24,000 nt of DNA from an uncultured Verrucomicrobiales bacterium. GTDB taxonomy: Bacteria; Verrucomicrobiota; Verrucomicrobiia; Verrucomicrobiales; DEV007. Positions 9,801-16,902 of this stretch are shown piece after piece. The DNA lies in NCBI GenBank assembly GCA_937891465.1, contig CALAHF010000176.1, positions 30,983 through 54,982 of the forward strand, read 5' to 3'. The notes under the pieces were generated by a model. That model saw only the letters and a list, made by a program, of their open reading frames with translations. It was not told where the DNA came from and did no database searches. Every line of letters begins with the position of its first letter. Position 1 is the stretch's first letter. The translations under genes were made by a program, and so were the position numbers.

Positions 9801-12800
9801 AGCGCCTGATTTTGCATTTTTAAGCGCTTTGCGGGTCGTGGAGTTGGCTGCGCTCAGAACCTTTTCGCAGGCATTCATTGCTCCGTCATAATCGGCATGA
9901 TTAAATTTTTCCAAGGCAAGAGCGAGCGCGCTCTTGGAATCCCACGGACGCAAATCGACGAGTTTCTCAAGTACCCGAATTTCTGAATCGATGATCCCTG
10001 ATTTGCGATAATAGGTGGCCATTTCTTCCAGAAAATCAGCGTCCTGTCCGAACTTCGATTCCAGTCGACGGCGAATTAAGTCCGCTTCTTTCAGTCGCAG
10101 ATCCTTTTCCAACATGGTGATGAGAGACTTCCAGCTTTCGATGCTGGCATCTTCTTCGCTGTGTGCGATCAACTGACGTCGGTAATAAATGGCCGCCTTC
10201 AGATCGTCCGAATTTCCGGCCATTTCCCCGAGCTGGATCAATAAATCCCGATCGTGGCCCGACATGTAGTAGGCCTTTTTCATCGCTTCGAAGGCCAAAT
10301 CTTCGTTGCCGGCAGCGCGATGAATTTTTGCCAAAGCCTCAGGGAAAAATCGATCGAATGGTTTTGCCCGAGTCAGTTCTTCGTATTTTTCGCGAAGCCA
10401 GGGAAGCAGGAAATGACGTTGGGCGAGCGTAAGTTGCGTATCGAATTGTTTTCGTTTTTGAATTGGATCGGTGTCGCGCTGAATTAAATTCAACTGAACT
10501 TTCAGCGCTTCTTCCGGCATCCGCTGGCCAACCAGTGCGGTGGTCAGCTGCTTGATGATCTGGCGCTTCTCAAATAAATTTGAACGCCGATAAGCATCCC
10601 GCCACACGTCAATTTGTCGCTGATTACTGCTCAATCGCTGATAGGATTTCGCCAACGTTTTCAGCGTGCCAAGCGAAGCGTCCGGTTTGGCCGCCAGCTT
10701 TTTCAGTGTCCGAATGGCTTCGTCTTCGAACCCGAGCAGGAAGCGGACTTCAGCCCACTGCTGAAGGTATTCATCTTGATTTGCGGGATCGATTTCAGAC
10801 AACGTTTTGAGATGCCGTGCTTGAAACGTGGGGCGCTCCAGCTGAACGGCCATTTCTAAAAGCAGCTTTTCGACTTCAACGCTAGGATCCTTTGCTTCGG
10901 CTTTTGCTTTTGATAGCTGATTAAAGCACTCCTGCGTGTCCTGCATTTTAAACGCCCACCAACCGGCGCGATAACGAGTTTCCTGAGTCGGATTCTCATT
11001 GGCCTCTTTCACGATGTTTTTGAAGTAGGCCAACAGTCTTTTCGGCGGAGGCTCCTCAGCTTCCCGCCGTCCGCGCGAGGCCGCCGCCGCTGCTTTTCGA
11101 TATTGCTCGACGCTTTCCAGAAGGGCGGATGAATTTGAGGCAGGCGTCGCATTTTCTTCGACCGGTTTGTCAACAATCCCTCGGAGCAGGCTGAAAATCC
11201 GCTGATCGATTTCCGATTTTTTTTCCAAACCGATGGACAAGTCGCGAACTTTCTCGAGTGAATCTAAAGTCGGGTTGAGCGCCTTTTGATCCATCAGAAT
11301 TTCGGCTTTCGCTAAATGGAAATTCGCTTGTTTTGGAAAAAGCGAGATGGCTTCGTCGATCGCTCGCATTGCTTCGGGCAGCAATTCCATGTCGCGAAAG
11401 CCAACGCTCACCTCATGCAACCGCCGCGCGCGATCGGTTTTCGCTTCGCCGGCAGATTTCACATAACCCTTCAACGTTTCGATCGCCTGATCGCGCCGAC
11501 CTCGCTCCTGCAAAAAACGGGCGAGTTTGATCGGGGCCGATCCCATATCGGGATCGTCGATTTGGCCGCGCAGCATTTTTTCGACAATGCCGTCCAAATA
11601 ATGCTCTCTCGCGAATTCCAGGACTTGGGAGCGATTGTCGGCATCTGGATTTTTCTCTTCCAAATAACGGCTCAACATCGTTTCGGCTGCTGCCCGGCCC
11701 TCGGAATTCAAAGCTACTCGGCATCGCAGCAAGGTGAATCGAAAGGGCGCATTTGGATTTTCCTCCAGAAGTGAATCGAGAATTTCAGCGGCTTCTTCAT
11801 AGCGGTCGTTCTCCATGCAAATCAGCGCATGGCGGACACGATAATCGGTGTTTGCCGGAACCAATTCGGTGAGTCGTTTTACCCATTTTTCTTCAGCTTC
11901 GGGATCGGCGGTTAAGCGATAAAATTCGGTCAGTTTCACCACGGCCTGTTCCGAGGGGCGATCCTGATCAGCTTCGACTTTGAGTTCGGCCTCTAATTCA
12001 CTGAGTCGCCCGAAACGCTCATGAAGTCTCACCAATTTGGTGAACAAACCTTCGAATTGGTGATTTTTGAAATGGATCAGGGAAAGTCCTTCCCGCGCAG
12101 CAGCCTGAGCCCCATCGAAATCGTTGATAAATTCGTAAAGCCGATTCAGTTCCGTTAGTGCACTCAAACGCTGCTCCGGATCTCCTGCTTTCGCGCGATC
12201 CGCCAAATCGCGCAGCACCTTGATGGCGGTGTCCGTTTCCCCAACTTGGAGCAAAAACGCCACGACCTCGGTTCGGAGTTCCACGTTTGCCGGATAGGCC
12301 GTGAGCAGGGTGTTCCAAATTACGACAGCCTCTTCAATTTGATTCAAATCGCGATGAAGTGCTGCTTTTCGCATTCGAATTTTCACCCCGTCTTCAGTTT
12401 CAATCCCGATGACGTTGATTGCTTTCGTGTAGAGAGAAAGCGCCTTGGCGTCGCGTCGCTGCTGATCGGCGATTTCTGCAGAGGCTTTCAGCGCGATTGG
12501 GTCTTCTGGCTGCGAATCGAGAACCTGTCCGTAAAAATCGCGCGCGCCATCGAGGTCATCATTTTTCCGCAACAGGTGAGCGTAAATGGTCAGCGTCACC
12601 GCTGGCGCGCCTTCGGCTTTGGCTGCGTTTCCGATGTATTCGAGCAGGAGGGGAATCTGCCCTTTTTTATCGTAAAGATCCCAGAGGAGGTCGAGGACAT
12701 TGCCGAACTCCGGCTTTTTCTGAAGCAGCAGGATGTAGTGGTTCGCCAGCTTCGTATCCGAGGCCGTCCACTCAACTTGAGTCGGTTCACCTTCTTTCTG

Positions 12801-12902
12801 TGCCGTTGCTGTCGAAATCCCAAACAGCGCGGCGATCATGATTCCGGAAAACCACCGGAACATCACGAGACCCACAGCTTGCAGAGTATTCGCCGACCAC
12901 AT
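6834..12902 (-). CDS. Giant secreted all-helical repeat protein (TPR-like), function unknown
   Basis: Uninterrupted 2022-aa ORF. The N-terminus carries a Sec-type signal (MFRWFSGIMIAALFGISTATAQ, preceded by 13 residues), so the real start may be ATG 12863 rather than 12902. The rest is helix-forming, with many TPR-like A/L/Y/E-rich ~34-aa segments. I recognise no catalytic motif. Confidence 0.85.
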   Translation of the reverse strand: MWSANTLQAVGLVMFRWFSGIMIAALFGISTATAQKEGEPTQVEWTASDTKLANHYILLLQKKPEFGNVLDLLWDLYDKKGQIPLLLEYIGNAAKAEGAPAVTLTIYAHLLRKNDDLDGARDFYGQVLDSQPEDPIALKASAEIADQQRRDAKALSLYTKAINVIGIETEDGVKIRMRKAALHRDLNQIEEAVVIWNTLLTAYPANVELRTEVVAFLLQVGETDTAIKVLRDLADRAKAGDPEQRLSALTELNRLYEFINDFDGAQAAAREGLSLIHFKNHQFEGLFTKLVRLHERFGRLSELEAELKVEADQDRPSEQAVVKLTEFYRLTADPEAEEKWVKRLTELVPANTDYRVRHALICMENDRYEEAAEILDSLLEENPNAPFRFTLLRCRVALNSEGRAAAETMLSRYLEEKNPDADNRSQVLEFAREHYLDGIVEKMLRGQIDDPDMGSAPIKLARFLQERGRRDQAIETLKGYVKSAGEAKTDRARRLHEVSVGFRDMELLPEAMRAIDEAISLFPKQANFHLAKAEILMDQKALNPTLDSLEKVRDLSIGLEKKSEIDQRIFSLLRGIVDKPVEENATPASNSSALLESVEQYRKAAAAASRGRREAEEPPPKRLLAYFKNIVKEANENPTQETRYRAGWWAFKMQDTQECFNQLSKAKAEAKDPSVEVEKLLLEMAVQLERPTFQARHLKTLSEIDPANQDEYLQQWAEVRFLLGFEDEAIRTLKKLAAKPDASLGTLKTLAKSYQRLSSNQRQIDVWRDAYRRSNLFEKRQIIKQLTTALVGQRMPEEALKVQLNLIQRDTDPIQKRKQFDTQLTLAQRHFLLPWLREKYEELTRAKPFDRFFPEALAKIHRAAGNEDLAFEAMKKAYYMSGHDRDLLIQLGEMAGNSDDLKAAIYYRRQLIAHSEEDASIESWKSLITMLEKDLRLKEADLIRRRLESKFGQDADFLEEMATYYRKSGIIDSEIRVLEKLVDLRPWDSKSALALALEKFNHADYDGAMNACEKVLSAANSTTRKALKNAKSGALPLLPITNSGNLGLDRMQGIIERFPFLEENLQEDLVEHLEKNHPEFDRIPTAPELIHLRAIEVAAGIISQQSEVKKSGWVNRWKRDKQASLSEKLWAFHYVGAGKETLDILTPLLIEKAAANPMEKVWFSYFSILGNQKEDLLKWINENVVEREIFPITGLFLVIADQGEARFFPMGYDDYVRDLSISENIGNRLFKELREKNDFAGAFRVGEILGKRSLSSSGDFHYLVSETAGKIGFDDQRMKWLRSALDLVHDRGAIYSLPTYYTSTASELFEATESATEKQALLEEIRTWIESNPNADRGVNLQRTIYLETLAGRTDQAIEALFPLWEYTLNESMPTGNIDTDDETERLRWSRLLSNLRFSASRFHLSRDQAARLFKVLETGTLSPTLSDDGQTELEEYEAERIALYLESLLPADRLAPLQLIANRMADPKGRMLLARTLDLRGFRREAMNVYRADAIKYPGDYSILRGFLDAAIAAGEPSAALEMIERYLSQTTAIPTGMGLEDIKRYHAEFLLQLRDVERLSQLSHLESATPPSTAAAVYSYQSALARAYQKTGNDEALLRLLKHMREQKSATKIHFLAGAKLLSNRGDMEAALEWLREIKLDQKSRNIEDEAILEIASLTENEKSLSDLIRQSEKYFDPELTVEVANKLFAAGLETEARSALLNQARKNTIAESDARSQLLAASLRLDLDSQTIPFSEIESPLRQLLDSLQNTAPRTKTFLGLVKNHGTEEWTPVLEAYLNRPDTKVATRIGLSFLSGSFDPEFAATLSDPEFDHLLESLLQFGEIGKSAAFDLINVRKHFITRTSFQGDPERQIKFFAAIDDRLRLAEVHARLIEEVGADRFSQASQSPRLPVFGARWHLARKFSDADQTDFAAALFRRYYDSIRRITNRHTPFLEDYARFAIEQKDHSLAQEILKRGFSKSVLMSISILAEFNAQLPESLDSDQIGSLFSLSEGQLIEFEEFRRQLAETGKIQDTSTPL

Positions 12903-12959
12903 CGATTGAGATCGTAACTGAGCCGAAGCGGGTGGTCAACCAGCGCGGGTGTGTGCTTT

Positions 12960-13006
12960 CACGATCTAATAGTATCCGTTCGACGAACCAACCCTGTTAG
13001 ATCGTG
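12960..13006. repeat. Full palindromic element of the AAYAGGGT family (two inverted ~21-nt units)
   Basis: Sequence is cacgatctAATAGtatccgttcgacgaaccaACCCTGTTagatcgtg. The 13-bp outer inverted repeat is cacgatctaatag / ctgttagatcgtg. The 31-nt core 12968-12998 matches 19606-19636 at 24 of 31 positions with identical length. It starts 5 nt beyond the SRAP stop codon. Confidence 0.7.
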
Positions 13007-13010
13007 AAAT

Positions 13011-13658
13011 CTAAAATCCAGGCAGCATCGAAATAGGGATGGGTCCTTTGTGATCGGAGGCCTTCATTTTGAGCGGGTTTTCGCAGTCAAAAATCTTCAA
13101 TTCACCTTTGAATGGCTGCACGAGATGCATGGGGTTTTCTGTTTCGAGAAATTCGGGGATGTCGCTTTCGTTTAGTAAGGAAGGCATCCGATGATGAATT
13201 CGTTCAACTTGATCGGATGCATCGGTTGTCAACATCGTGAAGCTGAGACCGATGGCAGGATCGGGATTCAGCTCCCACAAGCCGGCCATCAAAAACGGGG
13301 CGTCGAGTCGTTGAAAGGCGTGAGTTTGCTTTCCTCCAGTCGGTCCGGTCCATTCGTAAAAGGTGGAAACGGGAATCACGCAGCGGCGTTTTTCGCGCCA
13401 GGCATCGTCCCACATTCTGCCGTTTAATTTGTCGGATCGGGCATTGTTGATCGCGGGATTGAATGGGCGGTGGAATCCCCATCGCATTGAAACGGCTTCG
13501 ATGGAAGATTTTTCAGGGGTGAAGCGGGCCACGATTCCGGGATCGGTTTTTCTGACGCCAAAGGGCTTGGAGGCTGCTTCAATTGCGGATTTTAATCCGC
13601 GTTGCCAATTGAAAAATTTTAGATCTGAGCCAGGTCCGATGTCATATAAGTTGCACAT
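13011..13658 (-). CDS. SOS response-associated peptidase (SRAP/YedK family), abasic-site processing protein
   Basis: 215 aa. It starts MCNLY, so the catalytic Cys2 that defines SRAP proteins is present. It also has the family HHRMP block (ERIHHRMPSLL) and FYEW. Confidence 0.9.
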   Translation of the reverse strand: MCNLYDIGPGSDLKFFNWQRGLKSAIEAASKPFGVRKTDPGIVARFTPEKSSIEAVSMRWGFHRPFNPAINNARSDKLNGRMWDDAWREKRRCVIPVSTFYEWTGPTGGKQTHAFQRLDAPFLMAGLWELNPDPAIGLSFTMLTTDASDQVERIHHRMPSLLNESDIPEFLETENPMHLVQPFKGELKIFDCENPLKMKASDHKGPIPISMLPGF

Positions 13659-13751
13659 TGGGAAGGAATTTAATGCTTCAAGATTGTTTCAAAAAAGTGT
13701 AAAGACTCCCCTTTCGATTCGTCGGACCCCATTCTTCTCCCTAATATTCCC

Positions 13752-14747
13752 ATGGTGAATCTTCTCATTAAAAACGATTTTGACCAGGCTTTGGCCGATT
13801 CAAATTCGCCATTGCTTCGTTCGCGCCCGGAAATTTTGCAGCTCAATGTTGGTAAGCTCTGCAATCTGACGTGCGTTCATTGTCATGTCAACGCAGGCCC
13901 AGGCCGGAAGGAAATCGTAACGGGCGATACGATTGATAAGTTGCTGACGTGGTTCGAAAAAACTGATATTCCGATTCTCGATATGACGGGCGGAACGCCG
14001 GAGATGATTCCAGATTTTAAGCGACTGGTGAAAACCGTTCGCGAATTTGATCAGCCGCGACGGGTGATGGATCGCCTGAACGCGACGATTATTAATGAGC
14101 CTGGATTCGAGTGGGTTCCTGAATTTCTTGCCGAGAACCAAGTGGAAATCATCGCTTCAATGCCGTGCTACGAGCCGGAAAACGTCAACGAACAGCGTGG
14201 CGACGGCGTTTTTGATAGCAGCATTTCAGCGTTCCAGCAGCTGAATGAGCTTGGTTACGGACGCGATCCGAATCTGATCATGAACTTCGTTTACAATCCA
14301 AACGGAGGCTTTTTGCCGCCCGAGCAGACTGCGCTCGAGGCGAAATACAAAAAGGAAATGAAGGAGCATTTCGACATCGATTTTAATTCGTTGTTCTGTA
14401 TCGCGAACATGCCGATCGCGCGTTTTGCCAGTTATTTGAAGCGGAACAATGAGCTGCAAAGCTACATGGAGACGCTGAAAGACGCTTACAATCCTGCTAC
14501 GGTGGGCGGTTTGATGTGTAAGAACACGATTAATGTCAGCTGGTTGGGTGAAGTCTTCGATTGCGACTTCAACCAAATGATGAAATTGCCGCTTCACACT
14601 GCTGACGGTGGTGATCAAAAAGAGCAGCTCTATTTGTGGGACATCGATCACGAGACTTTTGAAAATGTTCCGATTCGCACCGGAAATCACTGCTTCGGCT
14701 GTACGGCTGGAAGCGGAAGCTCCTGTGGCGGTGCGATTTCTGAATGA
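13752..14747 (+). CDS. arsS: Radical SAM / Cys-rich domain protein, ArsS-type (arsenosugar biosynthesis radical SAM protein)
   Basis: 331 aa. It has the radical SAM CxxxCxxC motif (CNLTCVHC) near the N-terminus and the family-typical C-terminal Cys cluster HCFGCTAGSGSSCGG. It sits directly upstream of an ArsM-type methyltransferase, with a 56-bp hairpin-free spacer. Confidence 0.85.
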   Translation: MVNLLIKNDFDQALADSNSPLLRSRPEILQLNVGKLCNLTCVHCHVNAGPGRKEIVTGDTIDKLLTWFEKTDIPILDMTGGTPEMIPDFKRLVKTVREFDQPRRVMDRLNATIINEPGFEWVPEFLAENQVEIIASMPCYEPENVNEQRGDGVFDSSISAFQQLNELGYGRDPNLIMNFVYNPNGGFLPPEQTALEAKYKKEMKEHFDIDFNSLFCIANMPIARFASYLKRNNELQSYMETLKDAYNPATVGGLMCKNTINVSWLGEVFDCDFNQMMKLPLHTADGGDQKEQLYLWDIDHETFENVPIRTGNHCFGCTAGSGSSCGGAISE

Positions 14748-14803
14748 ATTTCCAAAATTCAATCAATTTTCTTACCCCCCTACTTAATTAATTTTTCCAA
14801 ATC

Positions 14804-15952
14804 ATGAAGACTGACACCGTTGTTAAAGAGCGTTACGCCGAAGGCGCCCAAGTCCAGGTTCCGGCTCTCTGCTGTCCTGTTGAGTATGACCAGAAATATC
14901 TCGAAGTGATCCCAACTGAAGTAATTGAGCGAGATTATGGCTGCGGCGATCCCAGTAAATACGTGAAAGAAGGCGAGACCGTTCTCGATCTCGGCAGCGG
15001 CACTGGAAAGATCTGTTTCATCGCGAGTCAGGTGGTCGGCCCAACAGGAAAAGTCATCGGCGTTGATATGACGGATGACATGCTCGATGTGGCTCGTGAA
15101 AACGCGCCGATCATTGCTGAGCGAATCGGTTACGACAACGTGGAATTCCGCAAAGGGCGGATTCAGGATCTCCAACTTGATTTGCAGGCGCTTGATGATG
15201 AACTCAAAAAGAAGCCGGTTGGAGACGTAAATGCTTACCTCGATGCGGAAGAACTCGCTGATGAACTTCGGATCAAGAAGCCGCTGGTTGAGAGCGATTC
15301 CATCGATGTGGTTGTTTCAAACTGCGTTCTCAATTTGGTTTCCAATTCGAATCGTCGCCAGATGTTCGAGGAGATCTACCGCGTGCTGAAGCGTGGTGGA
15401 CGTGCCGTGATTTCTGACATCGTCAGTGATGAAGACGTGCCACAGGAATTGCAGGACGATCCTGAATTGTGGAGCGGTTGCATCTCAGGTGCGTTTCGCG
15501 AAGACGATTTCCTCCAGGCGTTTGAAGACGTCGGTTTCTACGGCGTTCGTATTTTGAAATACGACAAAGAGCCATGGCAAACCGTAAAAGGCTTCGAATT
15601 CCGCAGCATGACAGTGGAAGCTTTCAAAGGAAAAGAAGGCGAGTGCTACGAGCGGAATCAGGCAGTTATTTACAAAGGCCCGTTCAAGCGAGTTCTCGAT
15701 GACGATGGTCACGCAATGGAGCGCGGCAAGCGTTACGCCGTTTGCGATAAGTTTTACCAAATTTATGGAAAAGAGCCTTACGCGGATCAATTCGACCTCG
15801 TCGAGCCGCAGGAAGATATTCCGCTTGAGAAAGCTGATTTGTTTGATTGCTCGTTCACCCGTGAACGTCACCCACGCGAGACCAAGGGAATGGATTATGA
15901 TGTGACGACGGAAGCCTCAGACTGCTGCGAGCCGGATGGTGAGTGTTGCTGA
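14804..15952 (+). CDS. arsM: SAM-dependent arsenite methyltransferase, ArsM-type
   Basis: 382 aa. The SAM motif is VLDLGSGTGK. The four Cys positions expected for ArsM are present: the CC pair in PALCCPVEYD, YGCGDP, VVSNCVLNL and WSGCISGA. The C-terminus is Cys-rich (SDCCEPDGECC). Confidence 0.8.
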   Translation: MKTDTVVKERYAEGAQVQVPALCCPVEYDQKYLEVIPTEVIERDYGCGDPSKYVKEGETVLDLGSGTGKICFIASQVVGPTGKVIGVDMTDDMLDVARENAPIIAERIGYDNVEFRKGRIQDLQLDLQALDDELKKKPVGDVNAYLDAEELADELRIKKPLVESDSIDVVVSNCVLNLVSNSNRRQMFEEIYRVLKRGGRAVISDIVSDEDVPQELQDDPELWSGCISGAFREDDFLQAFEDVGFYGVRILKYDKEPWQTVKGFEFRSMTVEAFKGKEGECYERNQAVIYKGPFKRVLDDDGHAMERGKRYAVCDKFYQIYGKEPYADQFDLVEPQEDIPLEKADLFDCSFTRERHPRETKGMDYDVTTEASDCCEPDGECC

Positions 15953-15982
15953 TCTTTGATTTAGATAATCAATTTACGTTGG

Positions 15983-16013
15983 AACAGGGTTGATTCGATG
16001 AATCAACCCTGTT
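15983..16013. repeat. Full palindromic element of the AAYAGGGT family; perfect 14-bp stem with a 3-nt loop, 30 nt downstream of arsM
   Basis: Sequence is AACAGGGTtgattc-gat-gaatcaACCCTGTT. It has the same 8 + 15 + 8 nt architecture as the copies at 12968-12998 and 19606-19636. No T-tract follows, so terminator function is uncertain. Confidence 0.7.
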
Positions 16014-16093
16014 GTTGCGTATAGCCATGTAGTTTTGAAATAGCGCGTTTGTGAGCTTGCGGACTGCGGCTTAAATCCGCTACAACATGCGCT

Positions 16094-16795
16094 ATGAAAA
16101 CGATGAACCCATTTACAAAAATCAGCTGTCTAATTGCAGTGCTTGCTCTTGGACTTTCAGCTGTTGCCCAGGAAAAAGGATTTGTGCCGCTTTTTAACGG
16201 AAAAGATCTGACGGGCTGGAGTCCATCGAAGGAAAATCCGGATTCCTATTCCGTAAACAAAGACGGTGAGTTGGTCGTCAAAGGCGGTCGCAGTCACCTG
16301 TTTTACACGGGTGATGTGAACGGTGGAAAATTTAAGAATTTCGAGCTGAAGCTGAAGATCAAGACTTTCCCTGGTGCGAACAGCGGGGTTTACATTCACA
16401 CTGAGATGCAGGGCGAAGGCTGGCCTTCGAAGGGATATGAGTGCCAAGTCAATTCGACTCACAAAGACCCCAAGAAAACGGGTTCGCTTTATGGAATCAA
16501 AAATATTATCGTTCTTAAAGAAGGCCAAAAAGAGCCTAAAGGAGACAATGATGTTCGCAAAAAGGCACCCAGCACTGATGGCGAGTGGTTTGAGTATCAC
16601 ATCACGGTGAAAGGAAAGAAGATCACGATCAAAGTGAACGGCGAGACGACGGTGGAATATACCGAGCCCAAAGGCGGCCCGAATGCGAAAAATTTCTCCG
16701 GTCGTATTCTTTCCGAAGGCACCTTTGGATTGCAGGCCCACGATCCTGATAGCGAAATTCATTATCAGTCGATTGAAGTGAAGCTGTTGGATTGA
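16094..16795 (+). CDS. DUF1080 (3-keto-disaccharide hydrolase-like, concanavalin-type lectin fold) secreted protein
   Basis: 233 aa. The signal peptide is [26 protein letters not shown]. Family blocks include [35 protein letters not shown] and [20 protein letters not shown]. Confidence 0.9.
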   Translation: MKTMNPFTKISCLIAVLALGLSAVAQEKGFVPLFNGKDLTGWSPSKENPDSYSVNKDGELVVKGGRSHLFYTGDVNGGKFKNFELKLKIKTFPGANSGVYIHTEMQGEGWPSKGYECQVNSTHKDPKKTGSLYGIKNIIVLKEGQKEPKGDNDVRKKAPSTDGEWFEYHITVKGKKITIKVNGETTVEYTEPKGGPNAKNFSGRILSEGTFGLQAHDPDSEIHYQSIEVKLLD

Positions 16796-16874
16796 TTCTG
16801 TTCATTAACAGATTCACGGCATTCGCAGCCATTCCTACCTTGACGCCCCAATACGGGGTCGTAGGTTGCCGCGC

Positions 16875-16898
16875 TCCGCGAAAAGCGCGGACTTTTTT
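16875..16898 (+). terminator. Rho-independent terminator-like hairpin downstream of the DUF1080 gene
   Basis: tccgcg-aaaag-cgcgga is a 6-bp GC-rich stem with a 5-nt loop. It is followed by c and then TTTTTT (16893-16898). It ends 4 nt before the sucC ATG. Confidence 0.6.
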
Positions 16899-16902
16899 GC
16901 CG

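Noticed and set aside
12246-12917. 223-aa plus-strand ORF (and 12419..12841) overlapping the 5' end of the giant TPR gene
   Set aside because: It is antisense to a 6-kb uninterrupted ORF with a clear signal peptide. The translation is R/C/F-rich with no recognisable domain.
13659-13751. Search for a LexA/SOS box in the divergent region upstream of the SRAP gene
   Set aside because: I found no convincing CTGT-N8-ACAG, GAAC-N4-GTTC or similar palindrome. tgtttcaaaaaagtgt is not symmetric.
14700-14747. Possible selenocysteine codon in the ArsS C-terminal Cys cluster (some family members are selenoproteins)
   Set aside because: The position is encoded as Cys (SSCGG) and the ORF has no internal TGA.
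14226-15175. Minus-strand ORFs 14226..14762 and 14780..15175, antisense to arsS and arsM; likewise 23314..23892, antisense to the PBP gene, and 5394..5945, antisense to opcA
   Set aside because: The sense-strand products have clear family signatures. The antisense translations have none.
15997-16023. Mini-ORF ATG AAT CAA CCC TGT TGT TGC GTA TAG (MNQPCCCV) inside the palindrome after arsM
   Set aside because: It is 8 codons generated by the repeat sequence itself, with no independent support.
16049-16076. Possible sigma-70 promoter TTGTGA-16 nt-TTAAAT upstream of the DUF1080 gene
   Set aside because: It is a plausible match, but the promoter consensus for this lineage is unknown to me and similar matches arise by chance in AT-richer spacers. 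It is not reported as a feature.
16792-16902. The 37-codon N-terminal extension of sucC given by the ORF track (start 16792)
   Set aside because: It overlaps the DUF1080 stop and runs through a terminator hairpin. The canonical SucC N-terminus [10 protein letters not shown] begins at ATG 16903.
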